This document shows positions 12,301-23,057 of a stretch of DNA of 64,000 nucleotides, one piece after another; position 1 is the stretch's first letter, and every line of letters starts with the position of its first letter. The position numbers were made by a program, and so were the translations under genes. The stretch lies in contig OU015566.1 of the NCBI GenBank assembly GCA_907165135.1, positions 1,798,001-1,862,000 on the forward strand. Direction: 5' to 3'. This DNA comes from Oikopleura dioica (taxonomy: Eukaryota; Animalia; Chordata). Under the pieces are notes generated by a model. The model saw nothing but the letters and a program-made list of their open reading frames with translations, was not told where the DNA came from and made no database searches.

Positions 12301-15300
12301 CTTAGGTACTTATTTTCTTCAAACGACGATCACGAAGCTTCCAAGATGTCTACAAGAGTGATCTTACCGTAAGTATTGGAATTATACAATTTGTACCCTT
12401 TTCTTTGTCACTTGCAAAATAGAAGCAAGCAGTACAAAATTTGGTGACTGAAAAAAACGGCGAGAATTTACGACTGTAAATCACGATTCCCCGAACACGA
12501 TCGAAGAGAGCTGCTGTCACGATCGAAAAGAGCTGCTGATTCGATAGAAGAGAGCTGCTGATACGATCGAAAAGAGCTGCTGTAAACGATTTTTCCTGAC
12601 TCTCCTAAGGACAGCTATAAGGTCCTTTATAAACTATATCCAGGGTGAACCTAAGCAAGCGGAGTTTAACCATAAGTTGAACCACCGACAGATGAACCTT
12701 TAGGATCGATTTTCGCAAATATAATCGGACCTTCTGAGCGCTTCAACAATGAGTGACACGTATTTCAAACTTGTTATCGATCTGAGCAGAACGGAGCTCG
12801 TGAAAATTTACGATTCACTGGATGGGCGAGTCTTTCCAACGCCAATTCCAATAAGTGATAAAGCTTCCGTTGCCGCGAATATCCTTCACGTGGATGAGTC
12901 AGTCCTCTCTCGCGGAAAGAAATACTTTTTCAAGAAAGAAGCCGAAGGCTCTGTTAAATATCTACCCAATTTTGCCGCGGATCACCCAAATGTAGCAGAT
13001 TCGGTTGAACAAAAATACGCGAAAAGACACCACCGATTGGATCTCGATCGAATTCAAACGTCGAAAAACGCGAAAGATGTTGATTCATTGATTGCAAATC
13101 TACCCGTCACTGATAGCGATATCGAAGACGAAGTCGATCTGTACGACGATGAATCTGTAAACGAGGCGGACGAAACTGTAATTCCAAATACAGGGAACTC
13201 TGAAAAACGTGAGAATATCAAGAAAGAAAATACTGAGCCAAAGCCGCGTGTGCAAAAACCAAAGTCAACAGCGAAATCAACTCCACCAATGTCGACGTCA
13301 GTGCAAACATCGTCAACATTAAAAGTTAAACCACCGAAATACGATGGAACAATACCTATCGCTTCCTGGCTCAAAAAAATCTCGATATTTACGCCCACTG
13401 TTCCAGGTTGAAAGACAATGAGGTAATCACAGTGGCACTAACGACACTTCTGAACGAGTCAGAAGGCAGTCATATCATCGAGAGCCTTGAAGAAGAAGAC
13501 CTCAACGATTGGAGAAAATTCAAACAGCGTCTAACAGCGATGCTTGGTAAAACCGCTGACTACTACAAAAATGAATTCAAAACCTACAATCGCGGATCCG
13601 ACAGCTTCGGAATGTGTCTAAGCAAACTGATCAGTCTTTACAAACAGGGATTCGGCCTGAAAAATCTAACACAAAACGACAAACTTCTAATCATAGAGCG
13701 ATTTGCTGAAGCTCAGGATCAGAAAATCCGCGAACTGCTTATGCGAGAAAAATCAGCGTTAACGATCGAGAATATTGCTACAAGAGCAAATGAAATCGAA
13801 AATGCTATCCCGAAACGCGACATTAACTTCAGTATCAAAACTGAAGAAAGAAACGAGATGTTCCGAGAGTTTGTGAACCAAATTAAAGAAATGATTCGTG
13901 CAAATCGAAGTGATGAGAGAAGAATCACTGAAAAAATCAACCCGGAAAAACTGGAAGGATACTGCATCAACTTCATTAACAATCGCAATTGCAGATTTAA
14001 AGATGAGTGCAAATATCTTCATTCCGAAAATGCGCCGAGAAGAGTTATTGACTATGTTTCTCAACTGAAGAAGACACAGTTCTCGACCTATTCTGCGATT
14101 GTACAAATCAATCGCAGGCAAAACACAATAAAAACGAGAAAAATATAATCCAAAAAATGAGAAGAGAGGAGAAGAGATGAATACATTTAAGAGCAATCCC
14201 AATGAGAGGGATGATCAAATTTTTCGAATTATTATTCTGCAGCCATCTCAAAAGCTGTAAGAAAATGATATCGAAATCATCGCGAGAGTTCAAAATCAAT
14301 ACGATAACTAAGAGGGAGAAGTTTTTCCGCCGAGAAATTATACGAAAATATAAGGAATGTAAAACGAGACCTTCTTGAGTCCTTACAGCTTAAAAATAGC
14401 TGACTGTATGCTGGAAGACCATCAACAAACAGAGAATGAGAAGGAGCGAGAACCGTGCCATGGACCTCGTATAATCCATGTTATCAAATGGCTAGTTAGC
14501 TTCAACGCAGAGGAAACCTGCTCTATCAAACCCAGCCTTGGCCCGCACAGCTACCCTGATGGCTACTGGACTTGTGGACCTCTATTTTTATGTGATATTT
14601 GTGCCCACCGCGCGCACCCGGGCCCAAATCTCTCCATATGATATGTTTCATGATGAAAGTAGAAGCAAAAATCGCCTGCTTCGCGTACAGCTTAGTTTAT
14701 CGAAGAAAAGAAAAAAAAATTATACAGAGATCGACGAACAACACCGATTGATCACGATTAACAATCAACTGATGAGTGAGCAACACTTTATTCCTGAAAT
14801 ATGTGCAAAAGTCATAAATTAAGAAAGGAAGGATTTGTAGTGCTTATTCTATTGTATGACTTTTGCAACTTCATTCTGAAAGCGAGCTTGCCCTTGGCGC
14901 GCGAAGAGCGCATGCGGCGCACTGTACCTGACCAATACAGTACAGCGAGACTAGCCAAGCAGCGAGCGCGCAGGTGCTGTAAAAACCAAACTCCTCCGTT
15001 TTCCGTGCTCCTCCTTGGTTTTTAATGCTCCTCCTCGGATTTCGAAGCTCCTCCACGAAATTCCGTCATTGTCCACGGATCTCTATATAAACCGTTCACT
15101 GTGCACACATAATTAATCACACTCCCAGAGATAAACTTGAGTGTCAATAAACTACGAGATAAAAACTTTTGTACCCTTTTTCTTTGTCACTTGCAAAATA
15201 GAAGCAAGCAGTACAGATTTTTGACCTTACCTTGGTTCCATTTGATAGGCCATTCCCGGCGCTCCATTTTTCTGCCCTTTCATCAAATGCCTCATATACG

Positions 15301-16255
15301 GGCTGTTTCTCACTTGCTGTCTTCCTTCATGAGTATCGACGGAGAAAACACTTGGACTTCGCCCCTGTTTGATCATGAACTCGCTGCTCTGAAGGTCATC
15401 TTGTTTTTCGCTCGTTTCTATCGACGGAATCGGCGCAGCTTGGGTCTGTTTTGACAAGGAAGAAATCGTGAGAAATCCAAGAAAATGTAGGATGATGATT
15501 GTGATGATTTTTAAAACGAGGGTGACGGAAATGTAGATGACTCCTCGACTCCACTGAAATAGAAAATGAAAATAAGCTAGAATTAATTGACCAATTATAT
15601 TATATTAAATTTAACCTTATATTGAAGCTCATCATAATCTAAGTAATCGTATCTCAAACTTCCATAAGAACTGACATAAACCAGCAGGCAAGAAAACAGC
15701 AACAACAAACTGATTCCAAAACCAATCAGAGCACCACTCAGCCAAATAATAGCAGGAAGAATTTCTTTGGACTTTTTGCTTTCTTCGCATTTTTGAGAGT
15801 ATTTGTTGCCCATGTAGGCGGCGAGAATGGAAAAGATGGAGATGATGAAGGAAAGAATGCTGGTCGTTTTGAGGATGAGAAGGGTTTCCGAGCTCATTTC
15901 GACGGAATGATAAATCATTGACCCAAGACGGCTGTTTCTGTTGTGAGACAAGGAATTGAAATCTGCGCAGTAGACATTTCCCTGAAGATGAAGACAAATA
16001 TGAGCTTATTGCAAAAAGATGAATTACTTTTGAAACATCTGTTCGGCAATAACCCCATATTCCTGCCTCCAGATAAAAGTCTTCTGAGTCTTCTGTTAGA
16101 TCAACTACAACCGGTTATTCAATGAATAAAAAACAAAAATTTTGATGAGAAAACCGATTTCCTGAAACCCAGGATCCAGACAAAATCGCAGCACCATGCA
16201 GCGCAAAGCCCAAAAGCTCAGATCCGGAAGCAATGCAGAGCGCGTAAAAGCGCAT
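9335..16255 (-). CDS. Claudin/PMP22-family tetraspan protein; last intron contains an LTR element
   Basis: TM1 MRFYALCIASGSELLGFALHGAAILSGSW, then the signature GIWGYC and a second Cys (GNVYC), then three more TM segments. Exon ending EPR at 15231 splices in frame to RVQQNRSMS at 9533. Confidence 0.75.
9566..9873 (+). repeat. 5' LTR, first 308 bp
   Basis: Matches 14836-15143 with no mismatch seen by eye. TATATAAA at 9814-9821. Confidence 0.9.
10210..10972 (+). CDS. Intact 5-exon 182-aa coiled-coil protein inside the 5' LTR insert
   Basis: Exons 10210-10347, 10433-10608, 10647-10722, 10771-10839 and 10883-10972. All introns are GT-AG and the spliced length is 549 nt with no internal stop. 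Heptad-rich MSFEEIRNQLREIEENHEKE...; basic tail SRRKKARR. Confidence 0.8.
11990..12372 (+). pseudogene. Possible truncated second gene fragment at the end of the insert
   Basis: CTGCAG acceptor, exon-like FFEFVLLRDLESRPLPEISHYRLAAHLRKIE, and a final GTAAG donor at about 12369 that is cut off by the resumed LTR. Confidence 0.3.
12390..12436 (+). repeat. 5' LTR, last 47 bp
   Basis: Identical to 15168-15215 and ends in CA. Confidence 0.9.
12749..14148 (+). CDS. Gag-like protein with a CCCH zinc finger, split by a 1-nt frameshift at A7 13373-13379
   Basis: KPPKYDGTIPIASWLKK is a retrotransposon-gag-like motif. The -1 frame continues NLDIYAHCSRLKDNEVITVAL. C-x8-C-x5-C-x3-H at 13963-14022. Confidence 0.7.
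14836..15215 (+). repeat. 3' LTR (380 bp, complete)
   Basis: TG...CA ends, TATA box, and AATAAA at 15146-15151. Confidence 0.9.
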
Positions 16256-16418
16256 ATTCAAGTTTTCTCTGCGGGTTAGTAAATGTCGCTCTTCAGAGTA
16301 AGCGTTGCGTTCTGCGTGATGTGTGCAGATCGTTAAACACGATGACTTCTGCTATTTGGAAACCATGCTCTATCATAACGTTCCGCTTCGAACGAAGCGC
16401 TGGGCAGTCATAGCCGAA

Positions 16419-17407
16419 GGGCCGTCTCAGCCCCATTCCTTGATTTTTAAATTTAGGCTTGAATACCCTTCGGGCCGTCTCAGCCCCGTTCCTTGATTTT
16501 TAAATTTAGGGGCTTGACGCCCTTCGGGCCGTCTCAGCCCCGTTCCTTGATTTTTAAATTTATGGGGCTTGACACCCTTCGGGCCGTCTCAGCCCCGTTC
16601 CTTGATTTTTAATTTAGGCTTGATTGGCCCTTCGGGCCGTCTCAGCCCCGTTCCTTGATTTTTAAATTTAAGGGCTTGACATCCCTTCGGGCCGTCTCAG
16701 CCCTGTTCCTTGATTTTTAATTTATGGGTTTAGCCCTTCGGGCCCTTCGGGCCGTCTCAGCCCCGTTCCTTGATTTTTAAATTTAGGCTTGATTGCCCTT
16801 CGGGCCGTCTCAGCCCCGTTCCTTGATTTTTAAATTTGACGGCCCTTAAGGGGCGTCTCAGCCCCTTCGGGCCGTCTCAGCCCCGTTCCTTGATTTTTAA
16901 ATTTAGGGGCTTGACATGCCCTTCGGGCCGTCTCAGCCCCGTTCCTTGATTTTTAAATTTAAGGGTTTGACGGCCCTTCGGGCCGTCTCAGCCCCGTTCC
17001 TTGATTTTTAATTTAAGGGCTTGACGGCCCTTCGGGCCGTCTCAGCCCCGTTCCTTGATTTTTAATTTAGGCTTGACAGCCCTTCGGGCCGTCTCAGCCC
17101 CGTTCCTTGATTTTTAAATTTAGGGGCTTGACGGCCCTTCGGGCCGTCTCAGCCCCGTTCCTTGATTTTTAAATTTATGGCTTGACGGCCCTTCGGGCCG
17201 TCTCAGCCCCGTTCCTTGATTTTTAAATTTAGGCTTGATTTGCCCTTCGGGCCGTCTCAGCCCCGTTCCTTGATTTTTAAATTTAAGGGGCTTGACGGCC
17301 CTTCGGGCCGTCTCAGCCCCGTTCCTTGATTTTTAAATTTAAGGGGCTTGACGGCCCTTCGGGCCGTCTCAGCCCTGTTCCTTGATTTTTAAATTTAAGG
17401 GGCTTGA
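16419..17407. repeat. Tandem minisatellite, about 18 copies of about 55 bp, each containing a GC hairpin
   Basis: Unit GGGGCTTGACGGCCCTTCGGGCCGTCTCAGCCCCGTTCCTTGATTTTTAAATTTA. Confidence 0.95.
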
Positions 17408-17917
17408 GATCGGCGTTGGACTCTGAGGTGATCAATCTCAGTTATGTCCCCAACCCCACCCACACCCATTGGAGGTGGAAATACAAATTATTCAAGTTTT
17501 TCTTTTTATTATGGTTTTTATTTGAATGTTTAAAATTTAAATTTTTTATTTGCGGATTCTTTATCTCGCTTCGACTTTTGACTCAAAAATCATTTTTGAG
17601 CTTTAAAAATGATTGTCTAGGTTTTCTCAGGCTTAATTTTGCAAAAATGAAAAAATCGATTTTTCGGCCCCTATACCCTTAATTTTTCGAAAATTTTTTT
17701 GATTTTTTCTTGATTAGGACCTCAGAAATATGTCCACAAAATTTCATCCCTCCAGGTCAAGTGCAAAAAGTCCATTTTCCCACTGGCGCAACCCCAGTCA
17801 TAGGTGTTTTATTGCTTGCTATAGGAGAAATTAAGGACGTCCTAAATAATTTCGAATCGCGAATAAACGGACAAGGAAGGTTATAAATGAGTATTTATTG
17901 TATTAGAAAATATGGCT

Positions 17918-19160
17918 TCAGCAAACTCGTTCTGTCAATTTTGCAATCTTCAGCGCCCATCTTCCACTGATAAAATCTAAAAACGATGATTAAGAAACAT
18001 ATTTATGAGAAGTTTCAAAACAAAATGGCCTTGTTCATCCTTGAATCGGTGCATGTGATAGCTTCTTTATTCTTCAGGCCACGTGGCCTTTCCTTTCCCA
18101 GAAATCTTGAAGATTTGAGAAAAAGTAAGGCTACGTGGCCTTAATGTTGAACAAGGCAACTCTTGCAATTATTTAAGGATGAACAAGATTACTCCTTTTA
18201 AATATTTTTTTACCTGGAATTCCATCAAGACAAGCAAAATCAGAAGCGATTTTTTCCAAGCCCTCTTGAAAAGCGCTCATTAATTTGCAAGGATTTGAAC
18301 TCAATTTTGAGTTCTCCTCGGTCCATGATTTGAACGAAGAGCCACCGTAGCTCTCGAAGTCAAAAGGAATGAGACAGGAAGAAGATTTAGTTGAGGCGAT
18401 CATTTGATTGATTGGTACCATTTGATGCTTAATTTTTTGAAGAAAGAAAGTTTGAGAATTCGCACCTTGAAAGCCCACGGTTTGATATTGACCATTTTAA
18501 GGACTTTGATCACGTGATTCTCCATTTTTCGCAGCAGCTGGATTCCTTCTTCGACATGGAATGAATCTCTTGATCTATCTATTTGCTGAATCTGCCCCCA
18601 TTCGACCTAAAATAGTCCGAAATTTCCGACCAAAAATTCCTATTTCAAAAGTACCTCGAATTTCCAGGAAGCAAGATTTGGTGGAAAGTGAAGCTCAATT
18701 TTGCTCCCCGCTTTGAAAACTTCCGGCAAACTCGGGCTCGAAGGAAAATGTCCGAACCGCAGAAGCTCCAGTAGTTCTCTCGATAAATGACCGAAAGCCG
18801 CTCTTCAGCGCAGTTTTCGATCTTTTTGAAGACAAATGGGGTAATTCTCAAGCTCACATCGGCAGAAGGAGTAAATTGATAGACGACATCTTCGGTCTGG
18901 TCGCGAAAATCTTCGCTGGAGAATTTCTGTGGCGCGAATTCGATTGGAGGGTGAAAAACAGAGTTTCTGGCAGACATTTGATGATCTTTGGGAACATGTT
19001 TATTCGGCCGGCCAGCGATCTTTTCAAATTTCAAAATGCCGCTATTTTAGATTAAAGAAAATGTAGTTTTGAAAATTTTCCTTGTAATTATTTTTTCTGA
19101 AATCAATCTTGTTCAATGACTGGGCCTCTAAAAGGCAAGCAAACCAATAAAAAGCTTCAT
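17918..19160 (-). CDS. Secreted CUB-like protein, paralogue A (1-nt frameshift in the signal peptide)
   Basis: MKLFIGLLAF start. CUB-like ENCAEERLSVIYRENYWSFCG. KVLKM followed by a GT donor. SNPCKLMSAF..FACLDG module. Last exon FISGRWALKIAKLTERVC*. Confidence 0.65.
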
Positions 19161-19619
19161 GCTTTCTCTCTTTTTTTCTCTTTGACTTGAAAAAAGGAAT
19201 GATGCTCTTTGTAAAGATATGTGTGTTAAAAAGCGAAAATGATAATTCGCGCGGTCTAACCACCTAGTTTATAGTAAAGACAAAAGGCAATCAACCAACT
19301 GGTTTAAAACGTGTTCGCTGCGGCTTAACCCGTTGGAGGCCTTTTCTAAAGGATTAGTGTGCTTTAACCTGAAACAAAAGTCCCGAGAGTTGCATTTCTT
19401 TGCCCCACTTAAAGGCCTTCCCGTCACTTTTTTCTCTCCAAAGAGAAAAAAAAACGTGGCTTGTTCAAGCTCGGTTTTATCTAATCAAACATATCCGGCC
19501 TCATTAAACTCCCGTATCGTATTTCCAAAAGGTCTAATCGTCTGATAATTTTCCTGTTTTCATATAAAACGCACAGGTCCTTAATTCAACAGGGCCTTTT
19601 TTCATCAAGACAGAAAAGA

Positions 19620-21474
19620 ATGAAGCTTTTTACGATTTTTGCAATTATCGGTTTTTCTGAAGGATACAAGAGAAAATCGGCGAACGTTTGTCATAATTAC
19701 CACGAAAAAGTTTTTGGAGAAGAAAATGGGGAAATCGGGATGAGTGATTTGACAAAGAGAGAATATTCGATCTTTCCGAGCTTTTTCAGATGCAATTGGA
19801 CCATTCAAGCGCCAAAGGATAAAAGTAAGAATATTTTTGAATCGATTTCAAAAAACCATAATATTTTCGTTGTTTCGATAATTCAGGATTTTTGGTAAAA
19901 AATCGTGATCAGTACTTATTTAAAAGCAATATTGTTGTCAAAGAGAAACTGACGTACTTTCATGTCAACTTAAAATAGGGGACTGCCTTAATCGTCGTTA
20001 AAACGTTGCATCGAACTGTTTTAGTCGTCGTTAAAACGTTGCATTGGGCTGCCTTAGTCGTCGTCTTGGGAGAATCTGGAAAGTCTTCGGAGAATCTGGA
20101 AAGTCCAGAAACACTCTGAAAGCGCTGGTTGGCGCGCGCCTACCTATCTTGAAATTGAAAAAGGCAAGATGACTCAGACGACGACTAAGGCAGCCCAATG
20201 CAACGTTTTAAGGACGACTAGAGCAGTCCGATGCAACTTTTTAACGATGATTAAGGCAGCCGATGCAACGTTTTAACGACGATTAAGGCAGTCCCCTATT
20301 TTATTATAGTTAACTTTAAGATTTCTTATCGTTGAATCATTATTTTTTTCTAGAAAGCAAGTAGACGAGAACTATATTTATGCTTTAAAAATGCTGAAAT
20401 TCAATTTTCGAAAAACAGGGTGTTTGTTAAAAACCCTTAATAATCACTTTAGTCGAACCATTAACAATTATCAATTAATTATTTTCTTTATAATTATATT
20501 CAAGAGCTTTTGGTAAAAGTCAGTCGATCTTCAAACGCGGCCTACCCGCGTCACAAGCCGCAAAAAATGCCTGGAACGTGCGACGATAAGCTCGCCATCG
20601 CGACCGAAACCGATAGCTACAATATCTGCGGCTTTTATAGCACCTTCCCGCCCGCTTTTCTTCTTTCAGAAGGTGAAGAATTGAACTTTTTCTTTTCGAC
20701 GATGACTGGTGGACAGATGACTTGGGATTTTGACGTCAGCTGGGAGGAATTGTGGGATGAGCAGGAAGGTGTGGAGAGGATTCAAGAATTGATGAGTCAT
20801 TTCAAGAAGGTGTTGAAGATGGTTAATAAGAAACATTATTCGATTAAGGTATTCTTGACAAAAATTTTTTGCTTATTATTATATATACCATATTATATAT
20901 ACAACTTTACTGTAAAAGAAATACAGTAAAACCACTGAATACGTCATGGCGATGTGTCAGGAACCGAAAAAACTCGACAAATTTTTCGTTGAAATTTTCA
21001 ACCAATCAAAAGCCTTGATTCGGTCTACCGGCCAATCAGCGGCCGACTACCCGCCAACGCAAAATTTGTCGAATTTTTATCGTTTCTTGATGCAGCCCCT
21101 AAGTAAAACTGTATAACTAATAAATTCAAATCAAAAATTTATTTTTTTAGTACAAAATGAATCAGCTGAGCCCAATGTTTTCTTCGACAAATCTCATCTG
21201 CAACTCACCACTCAACCCGTCAAAATACGGCGCTGCCACCTTCCGAAATTGGACAAATACGGTCGAAAAAAGCTCCAATCCTTGCAAACTCGCAACCTCC
21301 ATCAAAACCGGCCTCGAGTTTTTCCTCGACAATCATGTCTGCCTCGACGGCGTTTTCAAATCAAAAGCGGATAAATGGAAGTCTTTGGTGGAAAATTTCA
21401 ATGGTGATTTTTGCGAAATGAAACACGAAGAAAAACGCTTCGCGAAAATAATGAGAATGGTCAATCGAGGGTGA
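19620..21474 (+). CDS. Secreted CUB-domain protein, paralogue B
   Basis: Signal peptide MKLFTIFAIIGFSEG. CUB motifs CHNY..EENGEI, CNWTIQAP, CDDKLAI..ICG. KVLKM followed by a GT donor. SNPCKLATS..VCLDG module. Confidence 0.75.
19978..20296. mobile_element. Intronic MITE with about 115-bp TIRs, TA-flanked (Tc1/mariner-like)
   Basis: GGGGACTGCCTTAATCGTCGTTAAAACGTTGCATC and its reverse complement. About 30-bp subrepeats. TA on both sides. Confidence 0.75.
20960..21086. mobile_element. Copy of the paired-CCAAT MITE family (intronic)
   Basis: Reverse-orientation relative of 117-241. CCAAT at 21002 and 21032. Confidence 0.6.
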
Positions 21475-21512
21475 GCATTTTTCTCCTTTTTCCTGTCAAT
21501 AAATCTCTTTAT

Positions 21513-22200
21513 TTAAAAAATCACAGACCAGTACTTTGACCGCATTTTCCAAAAGCATAAAACCAAAGAAAAGTGCAGATCAGAATAAAGGGGATGAAAT
21601 ATACGATCGTCAGAAAATAGACTAGAAACATTGCATTTATGACGAGGTTGAAAAGGACGATTTTCATCTTCCGGAGATATTTCGGATTCAAGGCCATTAT
21701 GAAGGGCAATTGAAGTGCGTAGAGGATCCCGATTGAGCATAAAGCAAGACTGATCCCGACGATCACTAGAATTTGAGTAAAAAAGGGTAAATTTTTATAA
21801 AAAATTTACCTTGAAGAAGCTTGAATTTCAGCCCAATCGTAACAGAACTATTCTCATCCAAATAATAAAAAACAAAAACTAGAATCGCCCAGAGAAAAGA
21901 AATCAAAACCATAAAAACATTGCAAATCGAGTAAATCTTCGAGGCTCCAGTCAAGCAGGTCCTTTCTTTCCGCAGTTCAAAGTCTAAAAATGCTCTTTTC
22001 GAGTTAAAAAAACTTGAGGATTACCGAGGTCAAGGACTTTTCTAGGGCGAAAAGCGACCTGAAGGCAGGAGATAACGAGAATGAGGGTTGAGAGGATCAG
22101 CTCATAATAGCCGAAAATGATAAGGGTGAAGCGAAGACTTTCGTATTTCAGCGGGTAAATTGACGATGCAGCATTTTGATCTTTGAACCAATAATTTTTC
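21513..22200 (-). CDS. Four-TM membrane protein of unknown family (5' end uncertain)
   Basis: Three in-frame exons give four hydrophobic segments (FTLIIFGYYELILSTLILVISCL; FMVLISFLWAILVFVFYYL; VIVGISLALCSIGILYAL; IVLFNLVINAMFLVYFL). Confidence 0.55.
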
Positions 22201-23057
22201 AAAAAGAAAATAATGTAATTTGATTAGATGAGGGACCTACAGATAGACGCTATTGGTACTTACAGGAAAATTTCAGTGGTACTGAAAAGAAAAAAAAGTT
22301 TACATGTAAAAATAAAAATCATCTTCTGGTTTTTATTTTTGCGAAAAAATCTCATTTCAAACCTGGATTACAAGATGTTTTCTCAAAGCAGGAAAACAGC
22401 TCCGCGCTAGAATTTCCTCCTCCGACCAAATTGCAAGTTTCGAGACTCATTTTCGTTTTCTCCTTTTCTTCGATTTTCGATCTCTTGTTTACGAATTGAA
22501 AAAGATTCAAAGATTCGTTGCTAAGTTAAAATTTAAAGCTGAGACGAATATTTGTTTTATCCATTCTACTTGAAATAAAAGACCTGAGCTAAGTTGTGAT
22601 AATTGCTCGCAGACAAAGATCTATTGAAAAATTTAGCTTTCAGAATTCTGAAATTGTTCCGCTTCTGCAATAAAAATAATCAAATTGGCCTGGTTTTTTC
22701 CCATGTCAGAAGAAATTGACAATAAAGGGTTCGCGGAAGGGGACCGTTTTGAATTTTCCGGTTTGCTTTTTTGAGTCCTTGTGCTCCGATTCTTTCGCCA
22801 GGAAAGAAAGAAAGATGCAGTAGTGATAAACCTCAGCTGGGCGCCATTGAATCAGTCAGATGCCCCAATATAAACCGATCAAGGGTGAAAGCCACATTCA
22901 CACCCCAAAAATCACAAAAATTGAAAAACACAGAAGCTTTCAAAAGACAAAAAAAAATAAAAATAGAGAGAAAATTCAGAAAATCAGAGAATCTTCCAAG
23001 TCTTCGAAATTCTTCAAAATTCTTCGACAAATCTCGAAAATCTTTCTTGAACAAAAT

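Larger units (their letters stand above)
9566..15215 (+). mobile_element. LTR retrotransposon (Ty3/gypsy-like, gag only, no pol)
   Basis: Direct terminal repeats TGTAG...GTACA. 4-bp TSD GATT at 9562-9565 and 15216-15219. Purine tract AAGAAAGGAAGG before the 3' LTR. gag-like ORFs inside. Confidence 0.9.

Noticed and set aside
9874-12389. Helitron or TIR transposon as the LTR insert
   Set aside because: No CTRR 3' end or terminal hairpin, no inverted termini, and a target deletion rather than a duplication.
12440-12460. tRNA primer-binding site TGGTGACTG
   Set aside because: Position and TGG start fit, but it cannot be matched to a specific tRNA 3' end without a search, so it is not called.
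13365-13410. Programmed -1 ribosomal frameshift in gag
   Set aside because: In-frame C AAA AAA ATC does not fit X XXY YYZ, the break is mid-gag, and similar homopolymer breaks occur in host genes.
14150-14835. pol or env remnant
   Set aside because: Only short ORFs, with no RT (YxDD), integrase, protease or TM-env motif visible.
16419-17407. CRISPR array
   Set aside because: Eukaryotic context, no cas genes, and no unique spacers. The variable part is only a few nucleotides of the same unit.
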